Below are positions 7,454-16,488 of a stretch of DNA of 48,984 nt, one piece after another (within the stretch, counting starts at the first letter, position 1; each line of letters opens with the position of its first letter). A model generated the notes under the pieces. That model saw nothing but the letters and a program-made list of their open reading frames with translations. It made no database searches and was not told the DNA's origin. A program made the translations under genes and the position numbers. The stretch spans positions 1-48,984 of the IMG/VR virus record IMGVR_UViG_3300050015_000397; one strand, written 5' to 3'. The DNA is from a virus.

Positions 7454-7524
7454 TTATTGGTAACTATCATACTATGATTAGTCTATTGGCTATGCCTATT
7501 GGCTTATATAAGCTTATCTATTGG
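7454..7524. repeat. Four copies of YTATTGG (iteron or arm-site candidates)
   Basis: Copies start at 7454, 7483, 7496 and 7518. Confidence 0.7.
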
Positions 7525-7742
7525 TTGTATAGTGTATATACTATGCAACACAGAGCGCGCGCCCTGTATTTTTGGCGATAGCACCCCCAGGGGAGGGGGA
7601 CGCGCGACTAAAGGAGAAATAATTGACCCCCCACCCCCCATAGTATTAATTTTTCAAGGTCCCTGGTTAAATCCTATAGGCCGCCCTGCAATTTAAAAGC
7701 CGCCTACGTCAAAGTAGTCGGCTATAAATTTTTCTACGCGCC

Positions 7743-8504
7743 TTACCCCGTTTTTTGCTTCTGCTGGCATTTCGTCCACACCTCCCTTAATCGATTATCG
7801 GTAACGTGCGTGTAAATCATTGTCGTCTGGATGTTGCTATGTCCCAGCATCCGTTGTATCTCCGGTAACGCCGCGCCACTGTTTAGCATATTAACTGAAA
7901 ATGTATGCCTAAGCATGTGCGGCCACACTCTTTTTGTTATTCCATTTCTCTCGGCCAGCTTTTTCAGCCTTCTCTGCACCATTACTACGCTCCACGGCTT
8001 TCCAAACAGTAATCCCGGCTTTAACCTTGCAAGCGTCTCGGGACCAACAATTATCATTCGTTGTTTTCCACCCTTTCCCACTAGAGTCATTTCTGACTTT
8101 ACTTCACTATTCTCCCTCCGGCTAATTTCAGCCAGTTCCCCTACTCTTACTCCGGTGTCCAAAATAAACATTAACACTGTTCTAAATTCTCCATCTGCTG
8201 CATCCAGTATTTTTTTTACTTCCTCTTCACTAAGAAAATTTACCTGCGCTCTTTTTTCCTTCAACCGATCGTAGGTTAGTCTCTCTCCAAATTTATATTT
8301 ATAAAATGTTCCAATGGTGGTTATGTGAAGATTAACGCTTCTGTTTCCCAGGCCCGATTTCAGTAATTCGTTCTGGTAACTCTGCACCCAGTCACTTCCT
8401 TTCGGTATTCCTCCTTCACCACACCACGACATAAATCGTCTTAAAACCTCTCTGTAGGTTTGTTTGGTTTTGTCGGACAACTGCTTGTTTATGAATTGCT
8501 CCAT
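7743..8504 (-). CDS. int: Tyrosine recombinase/integrase (XerC/D-like)
   Basis: HMLRHTFS (HxxR) and LGHSNIQTTMIYTHV (catalytic Tyr). Start taken at MEQFINK with AAAGGAG 5 nt upstream; the track start 8567 is unlikely. Confidence 0.9.
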   Translation of the reverse strand: MEQFINKQLSDKTKQTYREVLRRFMSWCGEGGIPKGSDWVQSYQNELLKSGLGNRSVNLHITTIGTFYKYKFGERLTYDRLKEKRAQVNFLSEEEVKKILDAADGEFRTVLMFILDTGVRVGELAEISRRENSEVKSEMTLVGKGGKQRMIIVGPETLARLKPGLLFGKPWSVVMVQRRLKKLAERNGITKRVWPHMLRHTFSVNMLNSGAALPEIQRMLGHSNIQTTMIYTHVTDNRLREVWTKCQQKQKTG

Positions 8505-8537
8505 ATACTCCTTTCTAATTTTACTATTATTACTAAT

Positions 8538-8567
8538 ATGGTAGCATAGTATTAAAAGATATGTCAA
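8538..8567 (-). promoter_or_regulatory. Candidate integrase promoter TTGACA-18-TACCAT
   Basis: Reverse complement of tgtcaa (8562-8567) and atggta (8538-8543). Confidence 0.45.
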
Positions 8568-8583
8568 CTGTGTATAACTTTGG

Positions 8584-8612
8584 TTGACTTTAGATATACC
8601 CTGCTATATAAT
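8584..8612 (+). promoter_or_regulatory. Near-consensus sigma70-type promoter TTGACT-17-TATAAT
   Basis: -35 at 8584-8589, -10 at 8607-8612. The ATG at 8622 is only 9 nt past the -10 box, so the mRNA would be leaderless. Confidence 0.7.
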
Positions 8613-8621
8613 TAAGTTACT

Positions 8622-9113
8622 ATGAAAAATAACTTAAACGAAAAACTTATTAAGAAGCTTTTTTCTCTCCATCCCGTAAAGCACCAGGAGATTATTAACC
8701 ATTTTATCGAAGAGGGTCGGCACACCTCAGAGTCTGATGTTGTTCGGTCTGCTTTGATTTTTTATCATGATAAGGTTTATCCTAATTACATTTATCACCT
8801 CACTCCTGCCGGTAACGAAAAGAAAGAAAAAATTGAATCCAAGGCACGGCTTGAATCCATGTCCCCCGAGGACTTCGCCACCCAGGAATGTAAAGCCCTT
8901 GTCCGTGATGGAATGGCAATTATGTATAATATTGTTTCCACTGATTCATATTTTGTTATTCCTCTAAAGGAAATTAAGGAATGGGCAACCTCATACCCCG
9001 GCTGGTTAGCCGAACACAAACAAAAGGCCCGTAAAGAACCTATGGACGAAACTTTCGTCGCCGTGCACTTAGGTCGTAAGGTTGAGTTCCATGAAAACAA
9101 GGCTGTGATATAA
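8622..9113 (+). CDS. Hypothetical protein, possible N-terminal ribbon-helix-helix regulator (163 aa)
   Basis: SESDVVRSALIFYH resembles the RHH helix pattern. No SD; probably leaderless. Confidence 0.6.
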   Translation: MKNNLNEKLIKKLFSLHPVKHQEIINHFIEEGRHTSESDVVRSALIFYHDKVYPNYIYHLTPAGNEKKEKIESKARLESMSPEDFATQECKALVRDGMAIMYNIVSTDSYFVIPLKEIKEWATSYPGWLAEHKQKARKEPMDETFVAVHLGRKVEFHENKAVI

Positions 9114-9120
9114 TTACTTC

Positions 9121-9465
9121 ATGAAGAAGTCTCCCACTAACGAAACCACTAATGCCATACTCGATTTTTTGTTCCGGGCCAGAATTTTTTCCTTTAGGCA
9201 AAACATCTCTGGCATACCTGTTCCAGGAGGAGGGTTTCGTCCATCAGGAAAACGCGGACAACCAGACATCGTGGGAATACTGCCCCCTTCAGGGCGCTTT
9301 CTGGGCATTGAAGTTAAAACCGGCAAAGATCGACTTTCCCCAGAGCAAATTGGTTTTCACAAAAATTCCCGAGACGCCGGCGCTTTGATCCTCGTCGTCC
9401 ACGATTTTAATGACTTTTTAACCCAATGGAATAACATTTATGGCCTACCCGAAAAAACTGCCTGA
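9121..9465 (+). CDS. VRR-NUC / PD-(D/E)xK nuclease-like protein (114 aa)
   Basis: GQPDIVGIL ... FLGIEVKTGKDRLSPEQ..F (PD...ExK pattern). Confidence 0.7.
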   Translation: MKKSPTNETTNAILDFLFRARIFSFRQNISGIPVPGGGFRPSGKRGQPDIVGILPPSGRFLGIEVKTGKDRLSPEQIGFHKNSRDAGALILVVHDFNDFLTQWNNIYGLPEKTA

Positions 9466-9751
9466 CGACCCGATGTCCGCCGCTAAAAAGCTGGCGGATC
9501 GTTATCCTGACGGTTACTTCAACCGCTTCTCCGATAAGCCTTTCGACGAAGTAATCGCGGAACTTGCGAATGAAGAAAAGGGGTTGATTGCTACCGCGAT
9601 AATAAACTCGATAAAATTAACAGGCGACGCTTCGAGCTTTAAGATCCTACAGGCTTCACTTGAACGGCAGGGTTTTAGCACTGAGAAAGAATTACCAATA
9701 ACTGATGAGCGATATTTCGAAATTGTTAAAGTATTTGCCTCCAGAAACTGA
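9440..9751 (+). CDS. Hypothetical protein in the small-terminase position (103 aa)
   Basis: Position immediately upstream of and overlapping terL. Start uncertain; an alternative ATG is at 9473. Confidence 0.5.
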   Translation: MAYPKKLPDDPMSAAKKLADRYPDGYFNRFSDKPFDEVIAELANEEKGLIATAIINSIKLTGDASSFKILQASLERQGFSTEKELPITDERYFEIVKVFASRN

Positions 9752-11270
9752 GCTACCTGTCGGTTTTTCTGACGAGCGCCTGCTCCGCTGGATGTGTCAG
9801 CGGTCTTTTCTGGCATTTTGTATGGCAGTTAAGCCCGATTTTCTACCTACAAAGTTCCACATCTACCTGGCCGATAAGTTCCAGCAGATTTATGAAGATA
9901 CAAAGAAAGGAATTGACCGGCGCTATATTATTGCCTGCCCCCCACAGCTCGGTAAGTCCACGATTACAACACAGTTATTCCCCGCGTGGGTTTTAGGCCG
10001 TGAAAATTGGCCTGTTATTTGCGCTTCTTACTCAGCGGATCTTGCGGAGAGAAACTCAATGTTTTGCCGGGAATTTTTAAACTCCGATACATATAAAATT
10101 ATATTTCCCCGTGTTCGTTTAAATCCTGATTCCACCAGTAAATCCTACTGGCAGACGAATAGGGGCGGCGCTTACCGCGCAGTTGGTACTATGGGGGGGT
10201 TAACAGGGTATTCAGGCCGTTTGCTCCTGGCAGACGATTTGCTTTCTTCGCAAGCTGACGCAGAATCCGCGACTATTTCTGATGGTGTTTGGAGCTGGTT
10301 TAAGACAGTATTTTACACTCGTAAACAGTCTAAAAGCGCTATGGTTTTAATTGCCACGCGCTGGTCTCTTAATGATCCTACGGGCCGTCTCATCGATCAG
10401 CAACACATGTACGAGGGAATGAATCTGCCTGCTGGTAGTTATGATAAATGGGATTATTTATCGTTCCCGGCCATTGCGGAGTCTGATGAAGATTTTGGTG
10501 ATGGCTGGACCCGTAAGGCCGGGGAAGTAATTTGTCCGGAGCGTTTTACTCTGGAGGACATGGTTAAGACACGAAACTCCCTAGTTTCTGAAGGCAAGGT
10601 GCAAGAGTGGTCATCGTTGTATCAACAGGAGCCTATTTTGCAGGAGAATGCCGAATTTAAAAATGAGTGGTTCCGTTATTTTGAAGAAAAAGATATAGCC
10701 ACAAAAGAATTATCTTACCTGACCCTGGTCGACCTTGCTATTTCGAAAGCGAAAGAGGCGGATAATACTGTCGTTCGAACTATTGCGGTAGAACGCAACA
10801 CGGGCTACTGGTATCTGATGGAAGAGACTGCCGGACACCTTGATCCTTTGGAGACCGTGGATGCGATATTTTTTCACGCTAAAACTTACCGCTCTCACGT
10901 CTGGATTGAATCTGTTGCATATCAGGCGGCGCTACCTAAGTTTATACTGGAAAAACAGCGTAAAGACAGGGTTTATTTTAATGTTGATGAGCTAAAGCAT
11001 GCTAAGGGAAAGAGTAAGGAAGCGCGCATCCGGGGGCTTATTCCTAGGTATAAGGCCGGGACAATTTTCCATAGGCGTTCTGATACGGCTTTGCAGGTTG
11101 AATTATTGCAGTTCCCCAAAGGCCGCCATGAGGATCGTGCGGACGCTTTAAGTTTTGCGCTTGAAGTTGCTGACGGTGCTATGCCATCCGAAACTCCCGA
11201 GCAGGTTAAGCGTCGCGAAAAAGAAGAAAAAGTCCAGTTTGATCCATTTGCAAGTATTAGTAAAATATAA
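9705..11270 (+). CDS. terL: Terminase large subunit
   Basis: Walker A CPPQLGKST, Walker B LLLADDL, then a C-terminal nuclease-like half. The size fits. Start could instead be at 9792. Confidence 0.85.
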   Translation: MSDISKLLKYLPPETELPVGFSDERLLRWMCQRSFLAFCMAVKPDFLPTKFHIYLADKFQQIYEDTKKGIDRRYIIACPPQLGKSTITTQLFPAWVLGRENWPVICASYSADLAERNSMFCREFLNSDTYKIIFPRVRLNPDSTSKSYWQTNRGGAYRAVGTMGGLTGYSGRLLLADDLLSSQADAESATISDGVWSWFKTVFYTRKQSKSAMVLIATRWSLNDPTGRLIDQQHMYEGMNLPAGSYDKWDYLSFPAIAESDEDFGDGWTRKAGEVICPERFTLEDMVKTRNSLVSEGKVQEWSSLYQQEPILQENAEFKNEWFRYFEEKDIATKELSYLTLVDLAISKAKEADNTVVRTIAVERNTGYWYLMEETAGHLDPLETVDAIFFHAKTYRSHVWIESVAYQAALPKFILEKQRKDRVYFNVDELKHAKGKSKEARIRGLIPRYKAGTIFHRRSDTALQVELLQFPKGRHEDRADALSFALEVADGAMPSETPEQVKRREKEEKVQFDPFASISKI

Positions 11271-11283
11271 AAAGTTATCAACA

Positions 11284-11312
11284 TTGACCTATAGGAAATT
11301 ATCTGTTATACT
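11284..11312 (+). promoter_or_regulatory. Candidate promoter TTGACC-17-TATACT
   Basis: Hexamers at 11284-11289 and 11307-11312, upstream of the portal gene. Confidence 0.5.
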
Positions 11313-11339
11313 TTATTTATATTAAGCCATCAAAATTAA

Positions 11340-13439
11340 ATGGCGTACGATTCGGCCCCAGCAACCGCTACGACTAATAAAGTCCCCAACACAGCCTTCG
11401 AGGCTACGTCTTTAGGTGCCTCGGGGGCTTATTTTATTGACCCCCCTGATTATTCTCCCGAAGAACAAGAACGCCGGCAACAGGAACTGGTGGAAATTAC
11501 CGCGGATTACAACCGGCGCGAATCACCGCATCGGCTTTTAAACCAGATGACTTACAGCCAGAACTATCGGACGAACATGCTGGCTGCGAATTCTGATACG
11601 CCCCCCCGCGCCAACGCGGAAGACACGCAGGTTGTTACCGGAACCACCCGGGAAAAAGTTTTAGCTATTGTTGCCGCCGTGCTTCAGTTAAACTTTGAAA
11701 CGAAGTTCATGGCTTTTGATAAAGATGATATGCAGGACGAAGAACTGGCCATGGCCATGACGGATTGTGTGGAACGCGCGAATAAAATGGAGCAGTGGGA
11801 TGAGAAAAAGATCTACGCTTATTTTGAAATGGCCACTCAGGGCGATGTTTACGTGGAAGAAAATTTTATTGACGAAACTTTAACGGATAAAAAGAAGATA
11901 AAGATTTCCGATCTGACCGAAGCCTTGATGAAAGATTACAAGGCGGATTATAAAACTAAAACTGTCCAGGGTATGTGCCAGCGCAATATTATTCCCGGCA
12001 CCCAGGTATACAAGGGCAGTATGACCGAGAGAATTTTACGCAACCAGCCCCACATTTGGACCCGGGAAGTTCGGCCTTATGAGGTCGTAAAATCAATCTA
12101 TGGCTCTTTGCCCAGATGGAAAAATGTCCCGCGACGGCTCGTAACTGTGGGGCCTGGTATTTCCGCTGATTACGCCACGGCTCTTAACTGGCGCTTGGAA
12201 ACTATTGATAACGAGCAGTGCGAGATTTTAAAACGCCAGGACAGGTTTAATGACGAGTATTCCCTTTATATAAACGGTGTAAAAATGCTTCCTAACGGTT
12301 TTCCTATGCCGTGGGAGTTCCAAGAATATAACCTTGTGCAAGGAAGTCTTGAGCCGATTTCCGCGTTCTTCTCCGAGAGTAAATCTATCCCCTGCAAAAC
12401 TAAACTTGACCAGGAAATTTTGGATGAAATGTATCGGCTGGCTGTGCTTAAGACCCAGAAGTCTTTTATGCCGCCCATTGCAAATTATTCCACAAACCTT
12501 TTGTCTCGCAGTATGTTCCTTCCGGGAAAAGTTACGAATAATTTACAGAAGGGTGAAGTGGAAGTGCTGGGAGGTAATCCGCAGATGTACGCGATGCAAC
12601 CATCTGAGTTTTCGATGATACAGATGATTAAGAAGTTTATTGACGAGAAGTCGATCTCCCCGGCTCTCGAAGGAAACCAGCAAGGTGGAGACCAGACTGC
12701 TACTGAGAATAACAACATCATGATGCAGGCGAAGCAGAAACTTGGCTTGATGATTTTTGGCTTTATAAACTTCCACATGCAACTTGATACGATTCGTCTT
12801 TATAATATTTTGGAAAATTATACTAAGCCTGTTGATACAAAATTAAATAAACTGAAGGACGGCGTAACGAATAAGTACCGCAGCATCTCCGTACAGAAGA
12901 CTATTGGTGATAAGGGTTTGGGTACCAGGCACGTTCAGTTTACTACCGAGCATAATTCACCGTCCGAACTTTGGGATATGGAGAATGGCGTAACGCGCGA
13001 TAAAAATGGAACTCCGACTTCGAATAACCCTCCTAAAAAACCCACACAGATTCTTCAGGTCAACCCTGAAGTTCTGCGTTCCTTAAAGTTTACATGGTTT
13101 GGACAGTGCGACCCGTCACAGCGTGAGACAACCCTCTCGGAAAAGATTTCTTTCGGTGATGACTTGGTACAGGCAGTTAATCTTTTCGGCCAGCAGAAAG
13201 TTAATCTTGATTATGCCGCGCAGAAATGGGCCGAACAGAGGAAGCTTGATCCTAACCTGTTCTTTAATCAGAACGCTCCTGCCGGCCAGCAGCCTCAACC
13301 GGGTGCTCCTGCTCCGGGCCAGCCCGGAGTTCCTGGGCAGACACCCCTACAGGAATCGAATCTTAAAAAACAGAGCAGGCCATTTTCCTCCGGAGCGGGT
13401 CCGGCCGAAGCGATGAGAGTTGGAAAGGGTGGAAGATAA
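11340..13439 (+). CDS. Portal protein (putative, 699 aa)
   Basis: Size and position directly after terL. Low-complexity Q/P/G tail. No motif recognised. Confidence 0.65.
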   Translation: MAYDSAPATATTNKVPNTAFEATSLGASGAYFIDPPDYSPEEQERRQQELVEITADYNRRESPHRLLNQMTYSQNYRTNMLAANSDTPPRANAEDTQVVTGTTREKVLAIVAAVLQLNFETKFMAFDKDDMQDEELAMAMTDCVERANKMEQWDEKKIYAYFEMATQGDVYVEENFIDETLTDKKKIKISDLTEALMKDYKADYKTKTVQGMCQRNIIPGTQVYKGSMTERILRNQPHIWTREVRPYEVVKSIYGSLPRWKNVPRRLVTVGPGISADYATALNWRLETIDNEQCEILKRQDRFNDEYSLYINGVKMLPNGFPMPWEFQEYNLVQGSLEPISAFFSESKSIPCKTKLDQEILDEMYRLAVLKTQKSFMPPIANYSTNLLSRSMFLPGKVTNNLQKGEVEVLGGNPQMYAMQPSEFSMIQMIKKFIDEKSISPALEGNQQGGDQTATENNNIMMQAKQKLGLMIFGFINFHMQLDTIRLYNILENYTKPVDTKLNKLKDGVTNKYRSISVQKTIGDKGLGTRHVQFTTEHNSPSELWDMENGVTRDKNGTPTSNNPPKKPTQILQVNPEVLRSLKFTWFGQCDPSQRETTLSEKISFGDDLVQAVNLFGQQKVNLDYAAQKWAEQRKLDPNLFFNQNAPAGQQPQPGAPAPGQPGVPGQTPLQESNLKKQSRPFSSGAGPAEAMRVGKGGR

Positions 13440-13442
13440 CCT

Positions 13443-13817
13443 ATGCCCAAAATCCTAAAAAATAACGAAGAGGTAGTTAAGCTTTACAGGGAGTTCCTTA
13501 AACTGGTTGACCCATATGACGCGAACATCACCCGGGATCTGGAAGGCGAGGAGTTAAAAGATTTTTACAAATACTGCCACGAAACTTTCCATAACCCGTT
13601 CTTTGGGAAAATTATTAACGGTTTTATCATGGAGCAGTGTTTAAAAACTGCAAACCAAGGATTGACTCCGGAACAGCAGACTAACGGCAAGTTAAGTATT
13701 AACGGAATCATGACTCTTGAGAACTTCTTTGCCCGCGCCGCTAATGAATATGATAAGTTGACTGCTAAGGGTGAGGAGTTTGACCCGCAGAAAGCATTTA
13801 ATCCAGCTAAGATTTAA
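13443..13817 (+). CDS. Hypothetical head-module protein (124 aa)
   Basis: ORF tightly packed after the portal gene. Confidence 0.7.
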   Translation: MPKILKNNEEVVKLYREFLKLVDPYDANITRDLEGEELKDFYKYCHETFHNPFFGKIINGFIMEQCLKTANQGLTPEQQTNGKLSINGIMTLENFFARAANEYDKLTAKGEEFDPQKAFNPAKI

Positions 13818-13902
13818 AAATTAATGTTTGTTTCTCGCTTTCGTGGAAAGTTGTAAGTCATGAATTATGACATCCACTGTAGGAAACGAACAAGAGGTAA
13901 GT

Positions 13903-14616
13903 ATGCCACAGAAAGTGACTATCGAAGGTGTGGAGACGGAAGTTTTCACCGCTGAAGAAGTTGCCGAGCAAGCCGAGGTAAAAGCTAAGGAATTAGCTGA
14001 TACCAAGGTAGCAGAAGAGACTGAACGTCTCAACACGGAGCATGAGAGTGCTCTGCTCGAGAAGGACGAAGCTCTTAAAGAAGCCCAGGAGAAGTTAGAT
14101 AAAGCTGCGGCCAAAGAGCTTAATTTTAAGGCTCTGAGGGAGAAGAACGAAAAGGGTTCTAAAGAAAAATCCGAGGAAGAGAAAAAAAACGCTGAGGATT
14201 TAAAGGCTCTACAGGAAACTGTACAAGCTATCCAGAAGCAACCCTTCGAGACCGCAAAATCCAGTTTTGTAAAACAGAATGTCGGTGTGGATAAGGAACT
14301 TGGGGAGAAGTTTGATTTCTTTTATAAGAAATTAAGCTCTGGAGTAAAGACCGTGGAAGAACAGCAAATAGCTCTTGAGTCAGCCATGACTCTGGCTACC
14401 GGCAAGCCTTACGAAGCCGGTTCCGGCAGAATGACCGGTGTATCGGTTGATCCGGGTTTCGGGGGAGAAAAAGGCAAACAAGAATCACAAGACTCTCAGA
14501 ACTTCGGTGCTTTGCTTGGTTTGACCGCGGAAGATAAAAAGAAGTTTGCTCCCGCGTTAGCTTCCAATACAGTTCCATTGTTCTATCAAACTCCTCCAAA
14601 GGAAAAGAATGTCTAA
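13903..14616 (+). CDS. Scaffolding protein (putative)
   Basis: E/K/A-rich coiled-coil composition, located between portal and capsid. ATG 13903 has GAGG upstream; the track start is 13867. Confidence 0.6.
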   Translation: MPQKVTIEGVETEVFTAEEVAEQAEVKAKELADTKVAEETERLNTEHESALLEKDEALKEAQEKLDKAAAKELNFKALREKNEKGSKEKSEEEKKNAEDLKALQETVQAIQKQPFETAKSSFVKQNVGVDKELGEKFDFFYKKLSSGVKTVEEQQIALESAMTLATGKPYEAGSGRMTGVSVDPGFGGEKGKQESQDSQNFGALLGLTAEDKKKFAPALASNTVPLFYQTPPKEKNV

Positions 14617-14863
14617 ATTAATTAATTATTTGAAAGGAAAATTTATGTCTGATGAAAATAATTTAGTCGAGCCAGTTGTGGCTCCTGAAGTTCCAGTAGC
14701 TGAGCCGGTTGTAGCTCCTGCTCTTGGTCCCGTAAAACTTTATTACCAGTCTAAGGAAGTAGTTAAGCGCACAGGCACTGTCGATGCTAATGGCGATGAA
14801 CTTTGTGAATTAGAAGACGGCTCTACGACCTATGTGCCGAAGTCCGTTTTAGGAGATAAATAA
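14609..14863 (+). CDS. Hypothetical protein (84 aa)
   Basis: AAGGAAAAGA-ATG context. An alternative start at 14645 also has AAGGAA upstream. Confidence 0.6.
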   Translation: MSKLINYLKGKFMSDENNLVEPVVAPEVPVAEPVVAPALGPVKLYYQSKEVVKRTGTVDANGDELCELEDGSTTYVPKSVLGDK

Positions 14864-14864
14864 T

Positions 14865-15419
14865 ATGGCTGAAGATATTAAATTGGAAGTTCCTCTGGTT
14901 ACTCCTATGGAAAAACCGGCCGCTCCTGTTATCGACCAAAAAACTCTTGCTTCTATTCTCGCGCGCATGGACGCGCAGGATGCGGAGTTAAAAACTCTAC
15001 GAAGTTCGGTTTCCCAGTCAAAATTGACTGAGGTGGAAAACAAGTTAAAAAAACCAGCTAACCCCACAGGTTTTTTAAAGGTATTTCGCGGTAAAGTTGT
15101 TGTAGGGTGGAAGAGCGAACAATCCGAACTTTTAAGGAACCCTGCTAACCCTGATTTCATTGTTGGGGAAGTATTAAAATGCCGTGCGTTTTTTATTGAT
15201 GGGGCTGACAGTGGAATTGTCGACCAGGTGGAGTTTACTCACGCGCTTACTGATAGACTTGAGGGTGAAGTTTTGGAAGGCTTAAAAGGTATACGGGATA
15301 ACGAGTTAAAGGAAGTTACTCTGCACTTCACTAAGTTGATTACTACGGATGAAGCATTGGCGGCAAGTTTTGTAATGCCTCCGGATTATAAAATTAATAA
15401 AAATTTCTTAAACCCTTAA
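14865..15419 (+). CDS. Hypothetical head-module protein (184 aa)
   Basis: ORF with tight packing. Confidence 0.7.
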   Translation: MAEDIKLEVPLVTPMEKPAAPVIDQKTLASILARMDAQDAELKTLRSSVSQSKLTEVENKLKKPANPTGFLKVFRGKVVVGWKSEQSELLRNPANPDFIVGEVLKCRAFFIDGADSGIVDQVEFTHALTDRLEGEVLEGLKGIRDNELKEVTLHFTKLITTDEALAASFVMPPDYKINKNFLNP

Positions 15420-15423
15420 TTCT

Positions 15424-15846
15424 ATGGATGAACAAACACCAGTAGAAGCCACTCCGGTGGCTGAAGTGCCCGTTGCGACGGATGTTTATGCCGGTTCAGT
15501 AAAGGTAACGCCGGTACAACTTGAAAATGGTTTAGTTGAAGTAGTTTTAGATAGCGAATTGGATGTCAGATTAAAAATGACTCCCGACCAATGGGAAACG
15601 GTTAAGAGTGATAAACCTTATCCTGATGGTGATGTCTCGCTTAGAAAATGGAACAAGACTATTGCCAGTGTAATTACACTTCTAGCTCAGGACAATGCCG
15701 AGCTTAACGATACTCCGTTTATTTTGGATCGTGCCGCTGACCGTATAGACGGCGCTTTAAAATCGGTTGTGGCAAAAACATTCGGTGTAAAAGAAAAAGA
15801 GAATATTACTATTAAGGCAATATTTGAAGAAGTTATAAAATCCTAA
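15424..15846 (+). CDS. Hypothetical head-module protein (140 aa)
   Basis: ORF with tight packing. Confidence 0.7.
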   Translation: MDEQTPVEATPVAEVPVATDVYAGSVKVTPVQLENGLVEVVLDSELDVRLKMTPDQWETVKSDKPYPDGDVSLRKWNKTIASVITLLAQDNAELNDTPFILDRAADRIDGALKSVVAKTFGVKEKENITIKAIFEEVIKS

Positions 15847-16018
15847 CCGGATAGTAGGGGATAAATTTTTGTCCCCCTCTACCCTGATCGGAGTAAAAAA
15901 TCACTCTCGCGCTTGGCATAGCGTTGTAAGCCTAAAAAGCATATACCGACTGGAATCGCCCCAGTATAACTAGGGTGTATTTTTAGTGCGACTTATTTAT
16001 AATTAAACCATTACTACA

Positions 16019-16465
16019 ATGGCCGCAACAAAGAATTCATGGAAGATAGCCAGCGGCAAATGGAAGACGATGTGGTTCAAACGCACCGCGTCGACCGACA
16101 TTGCCTCGGGTGTCCTTTTGGAACTCGTAGCTGGATACTTAGTCGAAGCCACCACAACGGCTGGCGCGACTGATACTCCGGTTGCCGGGATCTATGAAGG
16201 CCCCGCTATCACTTCCGCCCTGTCTACCTATGCCACTGCCGAGTACATTCCGGTTCAGGTTCCTGTTGACCCCAATGCCTCTGCTCTCGGTATAGTTGAT
16301 ACCGGAACTTTGGCCCAAACTTCTGTCGGGCTAAGTTACGATATTAGTGCCACTAACGGTGTTACCCAGTCGACTAGCACCAACGAAGCTGTGACCTGCA
16401 TTAAGTTTATTACTGCGGCTCTCGGCGAATTTGTCCTTACCGGACTCAGCTCACCCGCTGCTTAA
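16019..16465 (+). CDS. Possible head decoration protein (148 aa)
   Basis: Sits immediately before the major capsid gene. A/T/G-rich beta-type sequence. The function is a guess from position. Confidence 0.6.
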   Translation: MAATKNSWKIASGKWKTMWFKRTASTDIASGVLLELVAGYLVEATTTAGATDTPVAGIYEGPAITSALSTYATAEYIPVQVPVDPNASALGIVDTGTLAQTSVGLSYDISATNGVTQSTSTNEAVTCIKFITAALGEFVLTGLSSPAA

Positions 16466-16488
16466 AAATTAATTAATTCCGAAATTTT

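Noticed and set aside
7499-7696. 65-aa plus-strand ORF next to the integrase
   Set aside because: It spans YTATTGG repeats and poly-C/G tracts, has no SD, and is more likely attP/ori DNA.
7640-7742. Possible tRNA-like attP core (ggttaaatcctatagg...)
   Set aside because: I could not fold a T-arm and acceptor stem from it, and no tRNA gene is evident anywhere in the window.
7831-8274. 147-aa ORF antisense to the integrase
   Set aside because: It lies entirely inside a well-supported integrase gene and has a low-complexity Ser/Phe/Leu composition.
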